A stretch of 64,000 bases of DNA from an uncultured bacterium (GTDB lineage Bacteria > Zixibacteria > MSB-5A5 > GN15 > FEB-12), in NCBI GenBank assembly GCA_965372795.1, contig CBDVDR010000003.1:128495-192494 (forward strand), given 5' to 3'. Below are positions 44,276-52,165 of the stretch, one piece after another (positions within the stretch are counted from its first letter, which is position 1; each line of letters opens with the position of its first letter). Below the pieces are notes generated by a model. The model was not told where the DNA came from, made no database searches, and saw only the letters and a program-made list of their open reading frames with translations. The position numbers and the translations under genes are program-made.

Positions 44276-45376
44276 ATGGAAGAGGCTAAAAAATACACTA
44301 TAGTTCTTGATGTTATGGGTTCTGATAACAAAGAAGAACCTATAATTTTGGGCGGTGTCGAAGCTGCGAGGCAGATTGGTGAATCGCTTGAACTGATCCT
44401 GGTAGGTCAGCAGGATTCAATCAATAAAGTTCTGTCTGGGATTAATAATGTCCCTAAAAATATTTCTGTTCTGCACGCTGAAACGGTCGTACCAATGACT
44501 AGTTCGGCTACCGAAGGTGTTCGGATGCGTGACAGCTCGATTAGTGTCGGACTGAAATGTATAAAAAAGAATAACTATGACGGCTTTGTCTCTCCGGGAA
44601 ATACCGGAGCAGTCATGGCCACTTCTTTGCTCACTTTGGGACGTATAGAAGGAGTCAGTCGCCCTGCTATAACAGCTGTCTTTCCAACTTCAACCGGAAA
44701 ACCTGCTGTTGTTTTAGATGTCGGCGCGAATGCGGATTGTAAACCAATGCATATCTCCCAGTTTGCAGTAATGGGATCTGTTTATTATTCCACGGTCTTC
44801 AACCATGAAAATCCTCGTGTCGGTCTTGTCTCGATTGGTGAAGAACGGAGCAAAGGAAACGAGCTTATTTTTAATGCCCGGGAATTATTAAAAGGTTCTA
44901 AAATTAATTTTGTGGGTAATATTGAAGGTCGGGATATATTATCAGGTGATGTTGATGTCGCTGTAACTGACGGATTCACCGGTAATATTTTATTAAAGTT
45001 TGCTGAATCCATCAAACCATTATTGGTCGATTCAATTCAGCGACAAATTCAAACAAATATATTTTCTCGGATGGGAGTAGTTTTACTTCTTCCATTTATG
45101 AAACGGATGCGAAATTTATTCGCCTATGAACGATGGGGAGGAGCCCCGCTTTTAGGTGTTAATGGTATTGTTATTATTTGCCATGGCTCTTCAAATTCAA
45201 CTGCAATTTGCAATGCTGTGAAAGCCGCCTTTGAAATGGCAGCAAAGAAAATCAAACAACGTATTCATGATGAATTAATCACAAATCATTTTGGACAAAA
45301 TAATGGATCAAAAGATAAGAGCCAGAATAATCGGAACGGGTTCATATGCTCCTCCGCAACGGATGACAAACGCTGA
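44276..45376 (+). CDS. plsX: Phosphate acyltransferase PlsX
   Basis: 366 aa. DVMGSDN, GNTGAVMA, DGFTGNILLK, GAPLLGVNGIVIICHGSS. The 3' tail overlaps fabH. Confidence 0.9.
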   Translation: MEEAKKYTIVLDVMGSDNKEEPIILGGVEAARQIGESLELILVGQQDSINKVLSGINNVPKNISVLHAETVVPMTSSATEGVRMRDSSISVGLKCIKKNNYDGFVSPGNTGAVMATSLLTLGRIEGVSRPAITAVFPTSTGKPAVVLDVGANADCKPMHISQFAVMGSVYYSTVFNHENPRVGLVSIGEERSKGNELIFNARELLKGSKINFVGNIEGRDILSGDVDVAVTDGFTGNILLKFAESIKPLLVDSIQRQIQTNIFSRMGVVLLLPFMKRMRNLFAYERWGGAPLLGVNGIVIICHGSSNSTAICNAVKAAFEMAAKKIKQRIHDELITNHFGQNNGSKDKSQNNRNGFICSSATDDKR

Positions 45377-46292
45377 CTTAGAAAAATTAGTAGATACAAC
45401 TGATGAATGGATTACTTCCCGAACCGGTATTAAGGAACGGCGAATCGCTGATAAAAATACATCATGTTCGGATCTGGCGGTTGAAGCCTGCAAAAATGCT
45501 CTTGAAATGGCAAAGGTTGCCAACGAAGATATTGACTTACTGATTTGCGGAACGGTTACACCGGATTATCGTCTGCCGTCTAACGCTTGTGTGATACAGG
45601 AAAAACTCGATCTGCCCAATGCTGCTGCCTTTGATGTGGTTGCCGCTTGCACCGGATTTATTACCGGTCTGTCGATGGCTGATAGTTTTATTCGATCAGG
45701 GAAGTATCAAAAAATTCTGATTGTAGGAGTTGAGAAACTTTCAACTATTACAAATTATACGGATCGTAACACCTGCATCCTTTTTGGCGATGCCGCCGGA
45801 GCGGCTGTTATAAGTGCGGAAAAAACTGATCGAGGCATACAATCTACATTTTTACGGTCAAATGGTAAAATGAGAGAACTGCTTTGGATTAAAGCCGGTG
45901 GTTCGGCTTATCCGATTGATTCTGATTTTGAATTTGACGGTTCTGACAAAGTCTTAATGACCGGTGGCGATGTTTTCAAAGTTGCTGTTCGCGAAATGGG
46001 TAATGCTGCTAAAGAGGTGCTCAAACAGGCTGGAGTCGATCCATCAGAAATTTCTTTGATAATTCCTCATCAGGCAAATATTCGGATTATTGAAGCCTTG
46101 ACAAAGAGATTGAAAATTGACAAAGATAAAGTTTATTTGAATATTGATAAATATGGAAATACATCGGCTGCCTCTGTACCCCTGGCACTTGATGAAGTCA
46201 ATCGGCAGGGTTTAATCAAAGAAAACGACTATGTTTTAATGGTCGCTTTTGGAGGTGGTTTGATATGGGGTTCAGCACTAATTAAATGGTAA
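45303..46292 (+). CDS. fabH: 3-oxoacyl-ACP synthase III
   Basis: I prefer ATG 45303 (MDQKIRARIIGTGSYAP) to the TTG at 45291. Active-site Cys in AACTGF, plus HQANIRI and GNTSAASVP. Confidence 0.9.
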   Translation: MDQKIRARIIGTGSYAPPQRMTNADLEKLVDTTDEWITSRTGIKERRIADKNTSCSDLAVEACKNALEMAKVANEDIDLLICGTVTPDYRLPSNACVIQEKLDLPNAAAFDVVAACTGFITGLSMADSFIRSGKYQKILIVGVEKLSTITNYTDRNTCILFGDAAGAAVISAEKTDRGIQSTFLRSNGKMRELLWIKAGGSAYPIDSDFEFDGSDKVLMTGGDVFKVAVREMGNAAKEVLKQAGVDPSEISLIIPHQANIRIIEALTKRLKIDKDKVYLNIDKYGNTSAASVPLALDEVNRQGLIKENDYVLMVAFGGGLIWGSALIKW

Positions 46293-46295
46293 CCT

Positions 46296-47228
46296 ATGAG
46301 TAAAACTGCATTATTATTCCCGGGTCAGGCATCTCAGTATGTCGGCATGGGACAGGATTTATATAACGCTTCATCTGAAGTAAAAAAATTGTATGAAATA
46401 GCCTCCGATGCTATGAGCTTTGATATTGCCAAATTGTCATTTGAGGGACCGGCGGAAGAATTAAAACGAACCCGCTTCACCCAGCCGGCAATATTGCTTC
46501 ATTCTCTGGCTGTTTTAACCTTCTTAAAAGATTCGATGCCTTCTTTTGATTTTGCCTGTGGTCATTCTCTGGGTGAATATTCGGCTCTGGCAGCAGTTGG
46601 TGCTTTGAGTTTTGAGGATGCCATCAAAGCTGTGGTTGAAAGAGCTTCATTGATGGAAAAAGCCTGTCAGGAAAATAAAAGCACGATGGCTGCGATCATC
46701 GGGCTGAATGAAGAAAAAATTGTAGAAGTTTGTAAAAAAGCTTCTGAGAAAGGTATTGTAGTTCCGGCTAATTTTAATTCATCGACTCAAATTGCTATTT
46801 CTGGATCGTTTGAGGCTGTTGAAGCGGCAACGGTTATCGCTAAAGAGATTGGTGCCAAGCGCGCTATGTTGCTTGAAGTTGGCGGAGCCTTTCACTCTCC
46901 ATTGATGGAATCGGCCAAAAGTAAAATGGAAGAATTCCTTAATAATATTACTATCAATAACCCTACTGTGCCAATTATTGCAAATGTGACTGCACAACCG
47001 GTAACCGATGCCCGGGAAATCAAAAAATTATTAGTCGAACAGATTACTTCTCCGGTAAAATGGGCACAAACTATGAATATTCTTGTTAGTAATGAAGTAT
47101 CACAAATAATTGAAATAGGACCCGGTAAAGTTCTTTCAGGGCTTGCAAAGCGAGACATGAAACCGGAACAATCGACCAGTTTGGATAAACTTGAAGATGT
47201 CGAAACCTTTTCGGCAGCTTTAACGTAA
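46296..47228 (+). CDS. fabD: Malonyl CoA-ACP transacylase
   Basis: 310 aa. FPGQASQYVGMG, GHSLGEYSAL, and GAFHSPLM. Confidence 0.9.
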   Translation: MSKTALLFPGQASQYVGMGQDLYNASSEVKKLYEIASDAMSFDIAKLSFEGPAEELKRTRFTQPAILLHSLAVLTFLKDSMPSFDFACGHSLGEYSALAAVGALSFEDAIKAVVERASLMEKACQENKSTMAAIIGLNEEKIVEVCKKASEKGIVVPANFNSSTQIAISGSFEAVEAATVIAKEIGAKRAMLLEVGGAFHSPLMESAKSKMEEFLNNITINNPTVPIIANVTAQPVTDAREIKKLLVEQITSPVKWAQTMNILVSNEVSQIIEIGPGKVLSGLAKRDMKPEQSTSLDKLEDVETFSAALT

Positions 47229-47237
47229 GGATTTAAA

Positions 47238-47972
47238 ATGGATTTTACCAATAAAACGGTTGTTGTAACCGGATCAGGGCGAGGTATAGGGCGAACAATT
47301 GCCGAAAGTTTTGCTGCTAAAAATGCCAATGTTGTCATAAGTGACCTTGATACTGACCTGATTAATAAGGTCGCCGCTGAAATTGGTGGCAATACTATCG
47401 CTATTAAGGCAAATGTGACTGAAAATGCCGATTTAGAGAATCTTTTTACCAAAACCAAAGAAAAATTTGGCTCTTTAGACGTTTTAATCAATAATGCCGG
47501 AATTACACGGGATACTTTAATGATTCGAATGGATGAAAAAGATTGGGATATGGTACTTGACATAAATCTTAAAGGTGCTTTTCTTGCCACAAAATTAGCG
47601 GCCAGGATTATGATGAAACAACGCTCGGGAAAAATTGTAAATATTAGCTCGGTTGTTGGACTGATGGGGAATGCCGGTCAAACGAATTATTCGGCAAGTA
47701 AAGCCGGACTGATCGGATTCACAAAATCTGCCGCCCGCGAACTTGGTTCCCGCGGTATAAATGTTAATGCAGTTGCTCCCGGTTTTATTCTAACCGAGAT
47801 GACTGATAAACTTAGTGATGAAGCAAAGGATGCTTTTTTAAAAAATATTAGTATTAAACGCCCCGGCACTCCGCAGGATATCGCTTCGGCTGTTATGTTT
47901 TTAGCTTCGGAGGAAGCTTCTTACGTGACCGGCCAGGTTCTTGCCATTGACGGCGGCTTAACAATGCAATAA
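47238..47972 (+). CDS. fabG: 3-oxoacyl-ACP reductase
   Basis: 244 aa [26 protein letters not shown]. Confidence 0.9.
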   Translation: MDFTNKTVVVTGSGRGIGRTIAESFAAKNANVVISDLDTDLINKVAAEIGGNTIAIKANVTENADLENLFTKTKEKFGSLDVLINNAGITRDTLMIRMDEKDWDMVLDINLKGAFLATKLAARIMMKQRSGKIVNISSVVGLMGNAGQTNYSASKAGLIGFTKSAARELGSRGINVNAVAPGFILTEMTDKLSDEAKDAFLKNISIKRPGTPQDIASAVMFLASEEASYVTGQVLAIDGGLTMQ

Positions 47973-48000
47973 AATAATTACTATAACAAGGAGACTAAAC

Positions 48001-48237
48001 ATGTCAATCGAAGACAGAGTAAAAGAAATTATCGTTGAACAGCTTGGCGTAGATGTAGGTCAGGTAACTGAAAAAGCTAAATTTGTTGAGGATCTTGGCG
48101 CTGATTCTCTAGATACAGTAGAATTAGTTATGGCATTAGAAGAAGAATTTTCAATTGAAATTCCGGATGAAGATGCTGAAAAAATCACCTCTGTCGGTGA
48201 CGCCGTAACTTACATTAACGAACATCAAACTAATTAA
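48001..48237 (+). CDS. acpP: Acyl carrier protein
   Basis: 78 aa. [20 protein letters not shown] carries the phosphopantetheinyl Ser. Confidence 0.95.
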   Translation: MSIEDRVKEIIVEQLGVDVGQVTEKAKFVEDLGADSLDTVELVMALEEEFSIEIPDEDAEKITSVGDAVTYINEHQTN

Positions 48238-48255
48238 TATATTTCTGAGATAATT

Positions 48256-49503
48256 ATGGAACATAGAGCCGTAGTAACAGGATTAGGGGTCGTTTCCCCC
48301 TTAGGATGCACTCTTGACGATTTCTGGAACGGTTTACTTGAAGGTAAATCAGGAGTTGGTCAGGTTACCAAATTTGATGTAACTGAGTTTTCGACAAAAA
48401 TTGCTGCCGAAGTTTCAAACTTCGACGGCTCTATGTATATCCAAAAGAAAGAAATTCGCCGTTTGGATATGTCAGAGCAATATGCAATTGTTGCTTCTGA
48501 AGAAGCTGTAAAAGATTCAGGCTTGGATTTGGAAAAACTTGATCTTGATCGCTGTGGAGTTGTTATAGGTTCCGGTATCGGTGGTATCGGTACTTTTGAA
48601 AAGCAACACAGTTTGCTTGAAAAATTCGGACCAGGTAAGGTCTCTCCATTCTTCATTCCCATGATGATTATCGATATGTGTGCCGGAATGGTATCTATCC
48701 GTTTTGGATTCAGAGGTCCTAACTATGCCACCGTATCAGCCTGCGCTTCTTCATCACACGCTATTTTAGATGCTATGAGAATTATCCAAAGAGGTGAAGC
48801 TGATGTGATAATTTCCGGCGGTTCCGAAGCAACTATTACTCCAACTGCCTTAGCAGGATTTTGCCAGGCAAGAGCTTTATCAACGCGAAACGATGATCCC
48901 CAAAAGGCTTCTCGTCCGTTTGATGTGGATCGAGATGGTTTTGTCATGGGTGAAGGTTCAGGGATTTTAATTGTTGAATCGCTGGAACATGCCCAGGCAA
49001 GAGGTGCCAGGATTTATGCTGAATTACTTGGTGCTGGAATGACAGCTGATGCTTATCATATGACCGCACCTCATCCGGAAGGTCTTGGGGCGATAAAAGC
49101 TATGGAAAAAGCTTTAATTGATGCCAAATTAAATTGCAATCAAATTGACTATGTCAATACTCATGGAACCTCAACCCCGCTTGGGGATGTTGCTGAAACA
49201 AAAGCTGTAAAAAATGTACTGGGTGACCATGCTAATTCAATCGTTATTAATTCAACAAAATCTATGATAGGCCATCTTTTAGGAGCTGCCGGAGCTATTG
49301 AAGCTGTGGCTACAATTAAATCGATTGAAACTGGTTTCGTTCATCCGACTATAAATCTGGATAACCCTGATCCACAGTGCGACCTTGATTATGTTCCACA
49401 TACCAAGAGAGAGAAGGATGTATCTTACGCATTAACTAATTCGTTTGGTTTTGGAGGACATAACGTCTCGCTGGCGATCGGCAAGGCTAACGGCATTGAT
49501 TAA
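48256..49503 (+). CDS. fabF: 3-oxoacyl-ACP synthase II
   Basis: 415 aa. SACASS (active Cys), NTHGTSTPLGD, SFGFGGHN. Confidence 0.95.
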   Translation: MEHRAVVTGLGVVSPLGCTLDDFWNGLLEGKSGVGQVTKFDVTEFSTKIAAEVSNFDGSMYIQKKEIRRLDMSEQYAIVASEEAVKDSGLDLEKLDLDRCGVVIGSGIGGIGTFEKQHSLLEKFGPGKVSPFFIPMMIIDMCAGMVSIRFGFRGPNYATVSACASSSHAILDAMRIIQRGEADVIISGGSEATITPTALAGFCQARALSTRNDDPQKASRPFDVDRDGFVMGEGSGILIVESLEHAQARGARIYAELLGAGMTADAYHMTAPHPEGLGAIKAMEKALIDAKLNCNQIDYVNTHGTSTPLGDVAETKAVKNVLGDHANSIVINSTKSMIGHLLGAAGAIEAVATIKSIETGFVHPTINLDNPDPQCDLDYVPHTKREKDVSYALTNSFGFGGHNVSLAIGKANGID

Positions 49504-50244
49504 ATGAGTCTACGGAAAAAAATTAAAGCCCTCTTCAAAGGGTATAAAAATTCCGATCAGGAACTTATTAAAAAAACGCAAGAGATTATCGGGTATACTT
49601 TCAGAGATGAATCTCTTTTAATTTTATCTCTAACTCATAGATCTTTTACCAGAGCAACAAATGTATCGCATCCCGCCAACGAACGTCTGGAATTTTTAGG
49701 TGATTCGGTGCTGGGAATGGTTATTTCCCACAAACTATTTGAAGATCACCCCGAACTTCGAGAAGGTGAATTAACCAAAATCAAAGCTATGATGGTTAAT
49801 GAGACGACTCTTTCTAATATAGGCAAAAAAATCGGGCTTAATCAGTGTATTCTTATGTCCCCGGAAGAAGAACGCTCAGGCGGGCGCGAACGACCCTCTA
49901 TTATTTCTGATGCTTTTGAGTCTGTACTGGGTGCTGTTTTTTTAGATGGAAATCTAAATCCGGCGCGGGATGTCATTCTTCACCTGCTTTATACAAACAA
50001 AATTGATATCTTATCTGATATTTCACAAAAAAATTACAAAGGCGAGCTTCTGGAAGCTGTTCAAGCTATGGGGGAAGGGATGCCTCGTTATGATGTTGTT
50101 AGCGAAGAAGGTCCCGATCACGATAAAACCTTCAACCTTGAAGTCATTGTATCCAATAAAAAAATTGGCCAAGGTTCGGGCTTTACTAAAAAAGAAGCTG
50201 AACAAAAAGCTGCCGCTATGGCACTCCAATATTTAAAAAAATAA
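49504..50244 (+). CDS. rnc: Ribonuclease III
   Basis: 246 aa. NERLEFLGDSVLG signature and a C-terminal dsRBD (GPDHDKTF...GSGFTKKEAEQKAA). Confidence 0.9.
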   Translation: MSLRKKIKALFKGYKNSDQELIKKTQEIIGYTFRDESLLILSLTHRSFTRATNVSHPANERLEFLGDSVLGMVISHKLFEDHPELREGELTKIKAMMVNETTLSNIGKKIGLNQCILMSPEEERSGGRERPSIISDAFESVLGAVFLDGNLNPARDVILHLLYTNKIDILSDISQKNYKGELLEAVQAMGEGMPRYDVVSEEGPDHDKTFNLEVIVSNKKIGQGSGFTKKEAEQKAAAMALQYLKK

Positions 50245-50403
50245 TTAAATCTATCATATTCTCGTATAATCTTTTATAAAGTTTTTTATTGACATAAATT
50301 GACCATGTTGTGAAATTTATAAGTTAATTAGATTCCTTTATAAGATTGTTATATTAATGAAGTACCCTATAACCGTCAAACCTATTTAAGGGAGATTTAT
50401 TCA

Positions 50404-50769
50404 ATGCGTAGAACTGCAAGAAAAGCAGCGCCAAGGAAGACGACGCGCAAAGCAACCACAAGAAAGGCTAAAAGACCGGCTACACGTCCGGGAGCTAAAG
50501 CCTGGACAACAGCGGAAGCTGCCAATTTGAAAAAGATGTACAAGACCAGAACTGCAACTCAGATTGCTAAAACTTTGAGAAGGTCTCTGTCATCGGTCAA
50601 ATCAAAATGCCGTGCCATGGGTTTGAGAAAAACCATTGTGGCTAAAAAGGCTGCTCCAAAAAGAAAAACTACAACTCGTAAAGCTGCTCCAAAACGGAGA
50701 ACAACAGCTCGCAAAGCAGCCCCGAAACGGAAAACTGCCAAGAGAAAAGCGGTTAAACGTCGTCGTTAG
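50404..50769 (+). CDS. Small highly basic DNA-binding protein: GcrA-like/Myb-like HTH core flanked by histone H1-like Lys/Ala/Pro/Arg/Thr repeat tails
   Basis: 121 aa. The core WTTAEAANLKKMYKTRTATQIAKTLRRSLSSVKSKCRAMGL resembles the GcrA N-terminal HTH (WTxE..LKKLW..G.SASQIA..LG..SRNAVIGK.HRLGL). The C-terminus has three tandem 33-nt / 11-aa repeats AAPKR(K/R)T(T/A)x(R)K at 50650-50748. AAGGGAG Shine-Dalgarno upstream and a strong terminator downstream. Confidence 0.6.
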   Translation: MRRTARKAAPRKTTRKATTRKAKRPATRPGAKAWTTAEAANLKKMYKTRTATQIAKTLRRSLSSVKSKCRAMGLRKTIVAKKAAPKRKTTTRKAAPKRRTTARKAAPKRKTAKRKAVKRRR

Positions 50770-50795
50770 ATTTGGTAGTATTTGTTTTTGAAAAA

Positions 50796-50818
50796 GCCCG
50801 CAATAGCGGGCTTTTTTT
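50796..50818 (+). terminator. Rho-independent terminator
   Basis: GCCCGC-AATA-GCGGGC followed by T7. Confidence 0.8.
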
Positions 50819-50911
50819 ATTGGAATACATTTATTTAGCCTCTCTTGACAACAACCCCCCATTTCACCATATTGTGCTTTAATTTTACGTTAATGACTGA
50901 CAGGAGTTGTA

Positions 50912-51697
50912 ATGAATATAGTTGTCTTGGTAAAGCAGGTTCCCGAAATCGCACTGATTAAAGTTGATGAAGCTGCTAACGAAGTGGTTCTGCCACAGGG
51001 TCCCGGAACAGTTAATCCGCAGGATGAATACGCTGTCGAAGAAGGGTTGCGTCTAAAAGAAAAAAACGGTGGAAATTGTGTCGTGATGACCGTTGGAACC
51101 GAACGCGCCGAATCAGCTCTTCGCGACTGTCTGGCTCTTGGAGTTGACGATGCCTATCTGCTTTGCGATGAAGCTTTTAACAAATCCGATCCGCAGGCAA
51201 CCGCAAAGATTTTAGCGGCCGGTCTCAAAAAACTTGAGAGTTTTGATCTGATCCTCGCCGGTAAACAAGCGATTGACACTGACTCTGCTCAGGTTCATGG
51301 TGCCGTAGCCGCCAATATGGATATTCCTCAGGCAATGTTTGTTAGAAAAGTTGAATCTATAGAAAATGGCAAAGCAACTGTCCATCGGATTACCGAAGAA
51401 GGCTATGATGTCGTCGAATTGAACCTGCCGGCTTTGATTTCAGTTGTAAAGGAAATCAACGAACCGCGCCTTCCATCTCTAAAAGGTAAAATGGGAGCCA
51501 AAAAGAAAATCATCACAAAATGGTCTGCTTCTGATCTTGAAATTGATACTTCCTCATTAGGATTGAACTCCGGTACTAAAACTGTCAAAGTTGCCCCGCC
51601 GCCTCCTCGGCCATCGGGTGAGATGATTGAAGGTGAAACGCCTGAAGAAATCGCTGATAATCTTTTTGATAAACTTCGTGAAAAGAAAATAATCTGA
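50912..51697 (+). CDS. etfB: Electron transfer flavoprotein beta subunit
   Basis: 261 aa. MNIVVLVKQVPE..., ILAGKQAIDTDSAQV, PRLPSLKG. No etfA follows. Confidence 0.85.
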   Translation: MNIVVLVKQVPEIALIKVDEAANEVVLPQGPGTVNPQDEYAVEEGLRLKEKNGGNCVVMTVGTERAESALRDCLALGVDDAYLLCDEAFNKSDPQATAKILAAGLKKLESFDLILAGKQAIDTDSAQVHGAVAANMDIPQAMFVRKVESIENGKATVHRITEEGYDVVELNLPALISVVKEINEPRLPSLKGKMGAKKKIITKWSASDLEIDTSSLGLNSGTKTVKVAPPPPRPSGEMIEGETPEEIADNLFDKLREKKII

Positions 51698-51713
51698 TAA
51701 ATTATTTATAAAA

Positions 51714-51735
51714 GCCGCCCTTTGGCGGCTTTTTT
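51714..51735 (+). terminator. Rho-independent terminator
   Basis: GCCGCC-CTTT-GGCGGC followed by T6. Confidence 0.8.
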
Positions 51736-51746
51736 ATTGGAGTAAT

Positions 51747-52115
51747 ATGCTAATTAGAAAACTAAATGATTGCCCCGAAATTATTGCCGCCGATAAAACT
51801 ATTTTAAGGGAATTACTTCACCCTGATCGGGATTATCCTTTCACCGCAAGATATTCACTGGCTCATGCTTTAATTCCAACCGGAAATAGCTCGATTAAAC
51901 ATATTCTCAAATCGAGTGAAGTGTATTATATCCTGAAAGGGAATGGAATCATGCATATTGATGAGGATTTTTCACCCGTGGAAAAGGGTGATTCGTTTGA
52001 AATCCCTCCAAATTCTGTCCAATGGCTTGAGAATAAAGGTGATTGTGATCTGGAATTTCTCTGTCTTGTCAATCCTGCCTGGAAAAAAGAAGATGAATCA
52101 ATCAAAATCGACTGA
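51747..52115 (+). CDS. Cupin-domain protein
   Basis: 122 aa. The H-x-H..E-like region (IKHILKSSEVYYILKGNG) and a second motif (IPPNSVQWLEN) are typical of a small single-domain cupin. Confidence 0.6.
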   Translation: MLIRKLNDCPEIIAADKTILRELLHPDRDYPFTARYSLAHALIPTGNSSIKHILKSSEVYYILKGNGIMHIDEDFSPVEKGDSFEIPPNSVQWLENKGDCDLEFLCLVNPAWKKEDESIKID

Positions 52116-52165
52116 TTGAAAATCATATAATTGACAATTGTATTAAATTACCGATATATTACAGT

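Noticed and set aside
46892-47590. 232-aa minus-strand ORF in the supplied track, overlapping fabD and fabG
   Set aside because: It lies entirely antisense to two genes with unmistakable catalytic motifs. Its translation is low-complexity (S/L/I/R-rich) with no recognisable motif and no RBS context. I treat it as a shadow ORF.
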